Positions 11,051 to 26,276 of a DNA stretch of 64,000 bases are shown piece after piece; the stretch's first letter is position 1; the number at the start of each line of letters is the position of its first letter. The DNA comes from Ancylonema sp. Its lineage: Eukaryota. A program made the translations under genes and the position numbers. The notes under the pieces are model-generated. The model saw only the letters and a list, made by a program, of their open reading frames with translations. It was not told the origin of the DNA and made no database searches. Where the stretch lies: NCBI GenBank assembly GCA_050230475.1, contig JBFLGF010000080.1, forward strand, positions 1-64,000, in the 5' to 3' direction.

Positions 11051-13897
11051 CATCTACGAGAACTAGCGTTCTATACACACTATAATCAGATTGAGTGACA
11101 CGATTCTTGAAAATATTGTCTTCATATAAAGTATCTTTATGCTTGTATCGAGGGCAATTTTGCAACGAGTGTAAAAAGGTTCCAAAAGATTGTAAGTTTA
11201 TCGAGGTTTAACTAATGAAGAGGGTGGTTGTATCGAGGTTTACTTGGCCCGGGTGTTGATGGAGTGATCTTCTTAATAGACAGGAGAACACTACACCCAA
11301 CAATAAATGGATCCACCAACCTCCTCTTGTTTTTTTTTTTTTTTTGCGTCGCTTGGGTCCTTTTAAGATTACTCCGAGCTTAGGGTGTCGATCTTGGCAC
11401 AAAATAGCTTAGCACCATGGTCCCATCTCCTAACTGCCCGGTAGAGATATCGATAGCTCGATGAGCGATGTTTTACAATCCAACGTAGTTCATCACAGTC
11501 GCACGTGCGACACGTGTGTGACATACTCCCCCGGCAGGGGGTAGGTGGCTTGGGGTCAGGGTATCAATTCGTTCACGTTAGAGCGGCAGCCGGCAGGGCC
11601 CGGCGGGATTTTAGTACTTTCGATGGACCTATCGATATTCGATTGCTGTGGACGGAATTATCAACTTGCCGTTTGACTTTTGGTTGGAATTCGGTATATC
11701 GGGCGTCCAGTCAGCGGACGTTCCAACGAACTACGGTCAAGCGTGGCTCCCGGAACGTGGGGTTCTATATGTGCATGATGTAGAGATGTGATTAGATGAT
11801 GTGATCGTATTCGATTGTGGCTAGGATAAGCTAGACCAGATGTGATCGATTGGACGCAATTGTACGACCACCAGTGCATTGTAGAGAGAAAGTGCCCGAA
11901 GTCCCCTGTTCAACTTTCGGTTTATGTATTCGGATATTTGAGCACTTTGACCAAAACTGCATACCGGGTAAGCAATTTCCGTCCCGTTCCCGACCTCGGA
12001 CTCGGGCGGATCAGGGTTCTATAATCAGTTGGTGCCGGAGTAACTATGGAGAAACACGAGCCGCTTTCAATGAAAGGAGCGCATCAAGGTAAACAAAGCC
12101 GTGTGAATCGATTTATGTATTCATGATCATGATCATGACCATGATTGATCATGGTGAATCTCTCATGGTGAATTTGTTTTATGGTTAACTTGTGATGCTC
12201 CGTTTTGTTTTGTTGAAGGAACCCTACAATGGTAAACAATGCATCCTTGCTCATAAGGTTGCTCATCAACTTATCTTCTGGTTTGCATTACCTTATTGGT
12301 ATTCAAGGGTCAATACGAGTTGAATAGAGGATTACAACTTGTATCACGGAGTGAAGGAAGCTCCATTGGATAGCTGAATTTGGCGTGGATTTAATCATTT
12401 GCGTATAGGATCCTGAATTTTAATATTTGGGTATGGGCTTTTTATGTGCCCATTCCTATTTGGTACAATGACCAATATGACAAAGAAATGGAAGTATATT
12501 AGTGGATATTGACAAGTTGAGTGACCTCTACCACTCTGCATATCGTTTATGACAATTGAGATGACACAATAGTCCAAAATTGACTCCTTAACGATACCTC
12601 GATAGCATGGCCTACTTTAGACAACAAACTTACGCTTTCACAAAGCCACGAATCATATTTGGTGGCTTACGCTAGCTAACTTCCACGTTGACTAGCTTAT
12701 GTTGTACACTCAACCTGGCCAACTGAATGGATGCGGGGATTGATTGTCTATCATCAAGAACCTACATGTGCGCCAATGAATCAAGACTCGACGATTCCTA
12801 AGTTCAAATACAAATGTATTTTTAGGGAGCCAACTACTAACACCATACAAGTCTCCGGCTACTAGTCATGTGGGCCCCTACATGCAAGATGATAATCACC
12901 CAACACTATGTCACCGCGTGTTACTTTTTTCAAAAAGAGACACACCACGGCCTCTATAAGAAAACACGGCGTCACCACAAGTAACGATGCCTACCTCGCC
13001 TGGCTGGAAAAATGATTATTTTACACACCCACACAAGATCTCCAACAAAGTGAAGACTTCTTCAGGCTTCTGGAAGGTTCCGGACGGTTCTGGAAGGTGG
13101 TTCTACATGTTTGGAATGTTTTGCTCCACATTAAGCTACTGCACACAATAGTGTAGGGAAAAAAGTCAACACTAATATGAATGCGTGTTGGTCGTTGCTG
13201 AAATAGTTTCCTCCATATTCACAAAATAGAAGCGCCGATCGCGCACTCTTATGCCCCTTCCCACTCCAGGAGGCGTCCCTTCCACCGATCAGGCGCCAGC
13301 TTGTTTCTGCACCCTTCTCCGATGGCACTCCGGGCAGCCGAGAGGGATGTGGGCCTGCCCGAAATCCGCGCACTTGGGAGCCAATGGCCCCTTTGCCGTG
13401 AATACCCTCACGGTGGTCGGTGGGTAGTTCTTGGGCCAGAAACAAAAACCAGAAACCAGCAAGGACGAACTTCAGCCAACAACTCCCTTCTGATCCCGTT
13501 GAATATATCCTTGATACTTTGGCAGAATCCGAAACGTGCATCCATTTGGACGGTCGCACGGTTATAACAAAGACAGCCTGGGTACTTAAATGCACCCATT
13601 TGAACATAGCTACCAACTTCTGGTTTTCTCGAAGACGTGCCACAGGCATATACACGCAACCGCACCGTGATGGAAGTTCCATCTTGCAAACAAATTCTGA
13701 CACAGCAGCAGACCGAAGAAACAGGTCCTACTCCCGACATTCCACACCTGTCTGGTCGAATGAACTGGATTGTGGGAGGCAATCCTTTCCGCAGGCTTGG
13801 ATAGAAGTAGAACTTCAACATGCCAAACCGCATCCCTTGACTGGGATGGGATGCGTACTCCCCCTTCACTTCCCCAAACTGCTCCAATGCCTGTGCA

Positions 13898-13951
13898 CCA
13901 ACCAGCCAACCAGCCAACCAGCCAACCACCCAACCACCCAACCACCCAACC
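13898..13951 (+). repeat. (CCAA/CCAG/CCAC)n degenerate tetranucleotide repeat
   Basis: ccaaccagccaaccagccaaccagccaaccacccaaccacccaaccacccaacc. Confidence 0.8.
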
Positions 13952-16766
13952 ACACAGCCAGGGTCACTTCTGCACCAAAACGTGTGGTGGAACACAGCCT
14001 TCCTCAAACCCCTTCAGCTGTGCGACTACATTTTTGATAATGTGGTTGCCTGTGGGGGCATGAATGGGCGAAAACAAGGTGACCTCCCAAACATGCTCAG
14101 CCTCCTCCTACTCTACAGTACACAGTCCACAGTCCACAGTGCAGTGTACTTCACCTCCTCCTACTACTCCAACGGGCAGCAATACGAAGAACGCGGAAGG
14201 CTATGATCTTCAGACATCCCCCCTCTAGCGCTGAAGGAAAGCGAGGAGAAACAGACAATGTGGAAGGCTGAAATCGTCAGAGATCCGAACAGAACTCACG
14301 GGTTTGACGAAGGGGTACAGATCCCGTGGAGTCCCACTCACGCCCACCCAGAACAAGGCATTGATGTCGTCTTCGATACATTGCCGGATGGGGATGTCGT
14401 GATGATCCCATTTTAAGGGAGATCGCGCCAACGCCTTCTTGCACGCAACGTCGGAGACAAATTCTACCACTGGAGATAGGGCAGGATTGAAAGACATTTG
14501 AGAAACACTGGACTCGCCCATTTCCAGGACGACAAACACAGACAACTCTGCACTATTTATAGGAGAGCTTCATAGTAGGGAAGTCTTTTGCGACTGAATG
14601 CTCTTCGGAAGTGGCCAGTTAGACACATGTCTCGCAAGTCAGTATTCCGACGCAGAATGTGCCGCCAATTTCAACACACTCCAAAGGGAATTTCTACGGC
14701 CACCTATAAAGATTCTTGTATATGCCTACTTTAAAGATTGCAATATCACATCGACTCCAGTCTATTACCCCCTGCCCACTCAGTTGTGTCACTATGTACT
14801 GAAACGAATATTCATAAACTCTCGCTGCTGTACGCAGAATTTCCAACATTAATTTTATCAATTAAAAGTGCCATGGAGGTGATGTGTTTGTGCACCCGTT
14901 GTAATTTTAGTTACTAGTTCTACATACACCACTGTATTGTGTCCAGATTTACCCGGGAAATCGCAAGATGATCCTTGCGTATCCGTAAGTGACTTATAGT
15001 GGTTATGTGCGGCACGCAGCATGCAATCACAAATTCATTTTGTCCAACCCCCACGCCATATGTACTACAGCGACACCACGCTCAATTGGACTGCAAAATA
15101 GGGTCTTCTCAATACGCAATATCCCCAAACCAATACATCACACGTGTTCTGCACGCTTGGCGGCCACAATACTACCACCCGGCTCTCAGAACAGACTTCT
15201 CACCCGCATCCCCGGTGTATGTGAATTCGATGTGTTTGATAGGATACGGGCACTGCATGTGTGACAACTGAATGTCCAGCCATCGAGTTTTCTCCACAAC
15301 AGAGGGACGGCCCTGCCAGTTCAAAAATCGCGACCAGGTCAGAATTGCACGGCCTACATGCAGGTTACGGATTCTATCGACAAGCTGCACAATACATCTG
15401 CAGAATACATACCGAACAACGCGTCCTCTAAAGGCCGCTAAAGAATCGCGTCATGCCCGCTAAATACACATGACCAATGTCTCAGAGATGTCGCAGATGG
15501 AGTAATTACTACAGTTGTCTTGAAACTTGTCAGCAGAGCACAGCCACAAAAAAGTATTTCCGTGACAAGAGCAGGTCGCTTACAGCAACTCTTGACAACA
15601 TCACCACAGCTTGTTTGTCTGGCGTGTAATGAACGGCTGAATAATATTTTGGGTCGTCCAGATTCGGAAGCTCCGGGGAAAACTCGAAATGAAATCCGGC
15701 GGGTCCTGCCATGCTTCAGTCAATTGAAATCACATTAAATATTCTAAATTTATGCACCGCGACTGCTTCGAGACAGAATTCCCCACCGCCCACACTTGGA
15801 AGGCCCCAATAGAAGTTTATCCTGTTATCCAAAGTATCTCTTGGCTGCTTGGCTACCGGTTGTATGGCGCTTTCACAATACAAGCCACATACATCACGAA
15901 GAGGGCATCTTCTAGCCTGTCTTCGTGACCTTTATGATGCCTATTTGTGGCGACAGAAATGTGTTATCCTACGGTTGTCAAACGTATCGCTCGCCCAGTA
16001 TCTTCGTTCCTCCGGCGGCACATATGCGCACATAGCCTTCCGATATTGGTTTACGGCAGAAGTAGCAGTGCTTGCGATCCACTGGAAGAAACCTTGCGAA
16101 GAGGGGAGATGGTTTCACCGTAGATTTTCAATCGTATCTGGCCGCTGCCTGGGTTGACGTCATCGGACGAATGGGGAACCTCGAAATTAGCAAGGAACAT
16201 CCGAACGCAAGTGTCGTTGCCACGTTTCGTTTCGCAAACCACCTTATTTGCGTAGACGGGTAAATGTACGGATGCACGACCGGGCATCATCATTACATAT
16301 GCAAGATAATCCACTTCTGACTGGATACGCACTTGCTGTCTGGGCCATGTCTTCGTGTGGCCCGTGTGGAATTATTTTGTCGCGACATGTTCGGGGCGGC
16401 TTTTCTTCGTCATCTTCAAATTCACATCATAAATTGAAGGGGGTCCGTCGTCCGCCTGACTAAATGGTCCAGGAGAACAAGAGTGTAAAGTTTTCACACC
16501 CGAGGAACGAAATGAGCAACCCCCGTCAACGAATGAACAAGCCATTCCCAGTAAACGTTCATGGACAGAACTCGGTGAGATCCAGAACTTATTATTACCT
16601 TCGGTGCAGGCATCGATGATGCTGATAAATGCTGCATGACCATGATGTTCGGTATCCGGTACCCACCTTTTTCCGGTTGTCACTAGTATACCAAATGTCC
16701 GGAGACACACTGAGCATGCGTGGGAGCTCGTGAAAGTATAATCAACAACATCAAAGGTTATCAACT

Positions 16767-19501
<2,735 letters not shown>

Positions 19502-19852
19502 CCGTTTATATTTGTTCTTTCTACAAGCTAGTTCTTTGTTCTCTCAAAGTATGGTATGGAGCCATTCAAACAGAGAAGCACTTTGGAGCATATTTAATAT
19601 CTGATGGGGGAATTTTCGACCCGGCGGCGCCAATCGGACCCGATCCGGCTCTAATCCGGATCGAAGGTGCTGAACATTAGGTGAAAATTAGTGGGGAGTA
19701 AAGGTTCATATGCAGCAGTGGTGGCGTAAACCCTCCAAAAACGTGTTTATTTGGTTTTTAATGACTTTTTTCCTTGTTGGGCCCGATCCGACCAGATTAT
19801 CTACGATTTAGCCCAATCCAATCCGGCTCCGATCCGGATTGGGGATCGGAAT

Positions 19853-21806
19853 CATAGTTGCACGAACCAATTGTTTTTTTTTTTGGAACTGGTTCCGAGA
19901 TGGAACCGTTTCGGAATCGGGTGATTTTTAGGGTTTTCCTCCTTCCCACGGTACAATATTTTTTCCCTCTTAAAAAATATACGCGGGGAAAATATATCGT
20001 TGTGCATGTTCATGTTGGTGTCTCCACGTCATAGTTGCACGGACCGGCAACATCGGATTTCCGGACCGCGGTCGGACCGGGTCCCCAGTCGGGACCCGGT
20101 CGGACCGGGGAACTATTAGGCTTTTTTCGCCAGACAACTTTTCCGTGGGGAAAAAGGACCCGGGGCTTCATTATTTTTCCTGTACCTCACACGTGTGATA
20201 TACATGAGTCATTTGTGGCTTGCGAAGTTGTATCAAAATTAGAAAAATAAATAAAATAAAACATCATGTTCATATCCAACCGTCCATTGATTGAGATGGT
20301 GAAAATCGAAATTGACAAAACGGCTGAAATTTTGGTGTAAGTTGGTAATTGGAAGTGTGTGATTCGGAGTGAGGAAATACTTTTGGGGAGTGACAAGTGA
20401 GGAGTGGGAAGTGGGGAGAGGGGGGTTATTTAAGATGTTGTAGACAATGAAGAGTGTTATGGGTGTAAAAATAGAACAAACATTGCGGGTGTAGAAGTCG
20501 TAATGTTTTTTTTCCCCGTTTCATAGAAGTATGGAGTTGTAGGCAAGGATAGATTTTGAGAAGGTGAGTAAATTACAGATAGGGAAGTTACCCATTTATT
20601 TATGTAGAATAGGAAAGTGATAAGTGAGGAATGTATTTGTAAGGTGGAGAGAAGTTTGAGTACAAGGTTGTGAGCGTGGAAAAAGAAATGTTTAATAAAG
20701 GTGTTTCTAATTTTACTCAATTTCATGAGACGGTGACCCTTCATCACATTTTTTTGAGCCTCACATGGGCATCTTTTCAGAATTACATCGTAACGTATGG
20801 AAAATGAAAAAATATGGAGTACTTATAACCATTCCCAATTAACTACTACATTTTCCCAAGTGATATCTATCGAAAGTGGTGAAAAACGCTATCTAGAATG
20901 ATACATTGCAAGTTTTAATGACTTATTTGATAGGTCTATTTTTTTCTCACATTTTTATAAGATGTGAAATAGAATTTTATTCGCGAAAAGAATACTTCCG
21001 GAGTTTTCTCTCCTCGGAAAACACCTTAAAACCCCCAAAAACCGATATTACCCTAAACAGCCGGTCCGGATTTTTGACCCAAAAGGACGGACCTCGGTCC
21101 GGAGTCGGGACCTCGGGACCCCGGTCCGCCGGTCCGTGCAACTATGCTCCACGTCACTTTCAGACGCTAAAACTGTTTAATATTTCATCGGGAAAATATG
21201 TCGTGGCCATTGCAAGTTTTTATTTACTTTCTTTCGCGCCATGGGAGGACGTGGTGCAATTTCATTGGCAGAAAACACCACCCGCCCTTTGCGTTGAGCA
21301 CGATTTGAAAGAGAAAATACATGGAAGTTTGAAGCATTTGTCAAATGCATTAGATTACGGGTAAAATTTTCTTCACGCAACATTTTCACATGGAAGTATA
21401 ACACGGAAATGAGAAGATATGGACCGGAGATGAGCATAGGATTTTTATAAAAAGATAAAACCATTTCATTTAATTACTTGTACATAAATAGAAACAGAGT
21501 TTGCAGATAAGCGAGCAAAACAGACAAATGCACCAAAAAACATGACGGTGTACTCATGCGGAAAATCATTTTGAGTTTTTTTACAATGGACCTCATTTGG
21601 TTGATATTGTATTTTTGTTGGATAGAGCATGACGAGCTGCACCAAAAAAAAAGTATTTTCAAATTTTCCCGTGCCATATAACCCCTCAAAATGACGTCCA
21701 AGTAAAATAACCCTAAACCATCCGGTTCCGAACCGCGGCCACTTTTGTCGGAACCGGTTCCATGTAATATCCGGTTCGGAAACGATTCGGAGTTCGTGCA
21801 ACTATG
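19853..21806. mobile_element. Non-autonomous hAT element (outer), TIR CATAGTTGCACGAAC
   Basis: catagttgcacgaac ... gttcgtgcaactatg; TSD atcggaat / ataggaat (1 mismatch); ggaaccg/cggttcc subterminal repeats. Confidence 0.85.
20030..21146. mobile_element. Non-autonomous hAT element (inner, nested)
   Basis: TIR catagttgcacggaccggc / gccggtccgtgcaactatg with a perfect 8-bp TSD CTCCACGT (20022-20029 and 21147-21154). Confidence 0.93.
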
Positions 21807-22269
21807 ATAGGAATGGATCGGGCCTAACTATGGATCGGGCCTTATGGATCGGGCCGGAATGGATCGGGCCCAGCACTATCATTCATAGTTGTGTCCAAGT
21901 GTCTCATGTGCTCTCCCTATTGCGATAAGTACGGGAAGAAACCGTACTACCTCTTGTGGGTCGGGGCCCGACCCACTTGAAATCTTTCGACTTCGTTGAC
22001 TTGTTCATGAATCTAAGAGATGCAAGGTGTAAATGCGATACAACGGGATCTTCTTCTATCTAGAAATTATTATGATTACCCAATACGGTTGGGACCACTG
22101 GATTTCAAGCTACTAAGAATCATGATCTGGATTGTCAAACATGAACTTGAAAATCTCATAGAAGATTGGATGTGTCTATGCTCAGAGGCATGACGTGGTT
22201 GGGTCCCGACGCACCTCATTTGGAAGGGGTTCGAATTCAACATGTTATCTCCCCAAAGAATTTCGAGCA

Positions 22270-22805
22270 GTGAGTAAAGCATGTGCTGCTGATTTTGAGG
22301 ACTTGTCGGGTAATGCGATAAGTTCAACCCATTTGGTAAAATGTTCAATGCAGATCATAGCGTATTGGTTTTTACGTGTACTTTCTGGCATAGGTCCAGC
22401 GAACTCTACTCCCCATCAGTAGAAGAGTCCTCGAATTGGTAATGGTTGTAGTTGGGTACGTCCATCAGCAAAGTTGGTTTTTGCGCGGGAGCATGCTGGA
22501 CATTCTTTGATGACTTGGATTACATGATTACCCATTCCATGCCACCAGTAATCTTGTTGTAAAGCGTGGAGCACGCGTTTCACCCCAAAATGACCGTATC
22601 GTGTGTGCATAGTATTACTCACGTACCGGTTTTCCAGTCTTGGTGGTTGAAGGCGACTGCGGGAATCTTTTGAATGGTTTTGGTCCATATAATCACAAGT
22701 GCCAAAGTAAAAGGGCAATTGCAAGGTGAATACTAAGTGTGAGAACCTTAAGAACATCCCAACTATCTCTTAAATTATCTAACACTGTCTCATTGGTGCT
22801 GCTCA
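22270..22805 (-). mobile_element. Internally deleted Gypsy fragment: LTR-like segment joined to the integrase N-terminus
   Basis: MHTRYGHFGVKRVLHALQQDYWWHGMGNHVIQVIKECPACSRAK...IEHFTKWVELIAL is nearly identical to 9550-9890. The upstream segment starts tgagcagcac and contains gcagtcgccttcaacca, resembling LTR 10837-11050. Confidence 0.8.
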
Positions 22806-23363
22806 CTACAGGCTCCCATCAACAAGACAAACGATGTTCTTAAAGATTCTACCCACTTTGAAAAGACACACCCTGGACAAAGATACCCAAATGCAGGCAA
22901 CCAAAACAGTCCCTAACGAAAAGGTGGAATGTGTTTGTCAAATTCGGCAAGGAGCCCAAAAAGATAAAATGAACTAAGCCCTCCTTTACAGTCCACGAAA
23001 CAATATCATTGACAGCCGTTGGGGACCTACCAAACTCATCAACTGCTTGATTACATAACAAAATAACCACAATGTCATTCATGGGTCATCCGTGACACTT
23101 CAATCTAGCGGCAGCTAGTATATACGCAATAACATACACACATAATTTCTAGAAACCCCAAGGAACCTATGATGAACCTTTCTCGCTTGTGGTGGTGGGG
23201 ATAGGCTTCAGCCCATGCGGAGAAGAGTCGCTTTTGGTGAAGTTTCGCCTCTAACGGAAGGCGTTTGCGAAGTGTGTCGTCTTTTGCGACTTTACGGATG
23301 GAGGATGAGTGAAGCACGCCTATGCGCCTATGCGCCTACGCGACGGACAATGAATGTAGCGCT

Positions 23364-25579
23364 CTACGAGTTCAGGCTGTACTTATACTTGCACTTGGCA
23401 CACTCGTAGAAAACGGTTTGCCCTTCGTCCGCAGATCGAAGCTGGAGGACATACAAATAAAGAGGGGTAGAATCAATTTCACCTTCTGTCAACTTCATGC
23501 TTCTTGCAAGTGTGGCTATGCAAGTATGCAGCCCTCATGTGTCCTCTCGACCACATCACGGACCCACACTACCAAAAGAATTCTTTTTATGGATGTTTTC
23601 ACACCACAGTTCCACAACCCCACGTTTAACCCAACTCCACAACCCCATTTCACTATCTCCACGAGTCCGTGAATCCACAATTGTGTACTTTCACAACAAT
23701 ATTTACTTCTCCCACCTTGCCTCACCTGCATTGTGTAATACTCCATCTCATCATGTCCACATTTGGGACAGGCTTCCTTCACCTGGAAACGACCCAAGAC
23801 CAAAGACAATCCCACAACAAAAGGTCAACACATCACTCTCGACTCCGTTTCTTGGCCTTTTTCACCAACCACTGACTGAATATTTATTGTATGACTGAAC
23901 AGCTTACATTTTCTGAACACGGCCCTTGTGCACATTGTCCACAAAGGCTGCGAGAGCTACATAAAACATTCCCCCTCTTGTCTACATCTTAAAACCAGTG
24001 CAAGTGCAAGTTCTGTGTTTGTAAGCAGCGACATGGTCCAACAATGTGCCGCTATGCATGGCTCTCACTCTCCATTGTAAGCCAGATACGAAAGATGTTA
24101 GCGTGGTTACCAGGGCGGGCATCAGTTCACCATAGCATGGTCGAGGTTAGTTGAAATATATAAAACAAAACCAATACATACACCAGTAGCCACAAAATTT
24201 GACGGTAACAGTCACTACTTTCCAAGAAGCTATCTCACCTTTGCCCTCTCCTTTGTTCCTTCTCCTTCCCCTGCCAGCGCTGCTCCATCCCTTTCTGACG
24301 GCACTAAGGGCTCAATGCCGTAGCGGCGCATGAAGTCCTGCACTCAAAACCCCTCCCACGTCATAAAACTCACTCGGTATACTGTGCCTGCAAGCGGTGT
24401 CCAAATCCTGTTCTGTTTTCGGGTGGACTGTCAAAGCAAAAAATGACCCCACAGCAAGCATCTGCTAGTTTTGTGATCAACCTTTCGTGGTTCTAGTTCC
24501 GATCCTCTGGGTGACCAGGTTCAAAATCATAAACGAGCAGAAGCACAAACGAGATCTCACTGCTGGGCCGCTGTGAGTCGTCCACTCCAAGTCTGAGGAA
24601 GCTGCAATGGATCAAGGGAGAGAGGCATAAGAGAGCCATTGGTCTGAAAGGGAATGATTTGCGACCCCATCGTCTGGGTGGGTGGTTCGAGACCCCAGCG
24701 TTTCCCCCAAAAGTGACTTTCATGATGCCACTGTGTGCATCATGAAGGGTACTTCCAAATCCATCCTGGGCGTTCAGATATCCTGGGCGTCCAGGAGCAG
24801 GAAACTGACTTGTTAAACTGAGAATTCCAAGACATAGATTGGCCTTCGTCCTTGGGACAACCTGAACCCGACTTCTGCATTTTCTTTCACCTCAAAATCT
24901 CTGTTCGTTTTGATTTTTCCCTGGAGCTGAGGTGATGCCCAGCTCTGCAAATACGTTTCATCTCCGAAAGACAGACCAACCGACCAATGAACTGCAGCAA
25001 AGGTGATTTGCTTGAGGGGTGAAGTATCAAACAACGACCACTCCGCCAGCTACACAACCAAATAGACTTCGAAATTGATGGTGCTACAACATTTCAGGCG
25101 AACGAATCCAATGAAGTCAGTCAAATTGGTTGAGAGAGTTCAAAAAAAATCAGTTCGAGTGTTGTTGTCAGTGCTCGCTATGCTTTGGTTAATCTAGAGT
25201 GCAAAGACTCGCCAGCCGAGGAATGAGGTTGGACTGAGGTTGGGGGGGAAACTGTATCACAAGATTTTTATGCAGTCTAAACAATAATTTAAATTGCAGA
25301 GAGCACCAATGCGAAGCGCTTCCTCATGATCAGGGAAGCAGGATGGAGAGGGTCGTAACGCAACTGCGTTTGGTTCCACCCCGCAATCCATATTTATGAG
25401 GAACACGTAGAGTGAATGGCATTTGGCGAAAAGCCCTGCCTTGAAAGAGAATGTTCCTTACCTCGAAGGTTCTTTTCGTTTTTGCACAATGGGCATGTGG
25501 CGATGTATCCGTGAGGCGGCAGGTGCAGAAGGGTTCCACATAGTGAACAAAATCGGTATGCCAGAGCCTTTGTTGTCAT
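23364..25579 (-). CDS. RPA12: DNA-directed RNA polymerase I subunit RPA12. Exons 25579-25462, 24601-24561, 24337-24239, 23782-23726, 23441-23364.
   Basis: N-terminal zinc ribbon FCSLCGTLL...CPLC and TFIIS-like C-terminal ribbon EACPKCGHDEMEYYTMQLRSADEGQTVFYECAKC. GT-AG introns are in frame. Ends with TAG. Confidence 0.9.
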
Positions 25580-26276
25580 AATCTACTAATGGCTTTGTTG
25601 CTGCATTGGCTAGATTCTATTAAACTGCTGTGGACCGTGAGATACATGACCTTTACGGACACACTGTGTCAAAAAATGTAATTTCAACGCATACGTAGTT
25701 GTAAGACGACATTTCGCACACTAGGCGCAACAACTAAACTTTGCAGATCACGTATTGCAAGCATGCACGTATACATGCAAGCTGTACCTGACTACTTTGC
25801 CTGGTTCTCTATCATAAGAAATTCCTTGCCGTCAGTCCCAAGTTGGAAATTCCGGCGAGCCATCGTACCCCGGTGCGCTCTGCACTCAGATGAGCGCATC
25901 TCTGTGCTCATGAGCGTCATACGCCCAACGCGTATCCTACTCCCCGACGATGCCCAGCCGGGCTGGGCAATGTAAGCGGCAGGAAAACAGTAGATTTACC
26001 CGACCTCCCTGCGGACAATCCAACCCTCCTTCCTTCACTATCGGCGAAGCCAACTTCAGAAAATCCTCGCGCTCACTGAAGCTGTCGGTTCCTGATCCGA
26101 CACTGCTGGGGCGTCCTTCGTGTGTCTCGACGGTGTGTCCGACTGCTAATTGGAATTGTTGTTATACAGGAGCCGACGCCAGCTTCAGTCGCAGCACCTA
26201 CAGCTTGTTGGAGAAAAAGTGTGGTTCTACTGTATCATCTGTGCGACACTGTTATATCCCGTATCTGGACGTGGAA

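Noticed and set aside
13420..14037. 205-aa ORF with weak chromodomain-like start (PVEYILD...WVLK)
   Set aside because: Resemblance is too weak to call and the C-terminal part is microsatellite-derived. At most a TE remnant.
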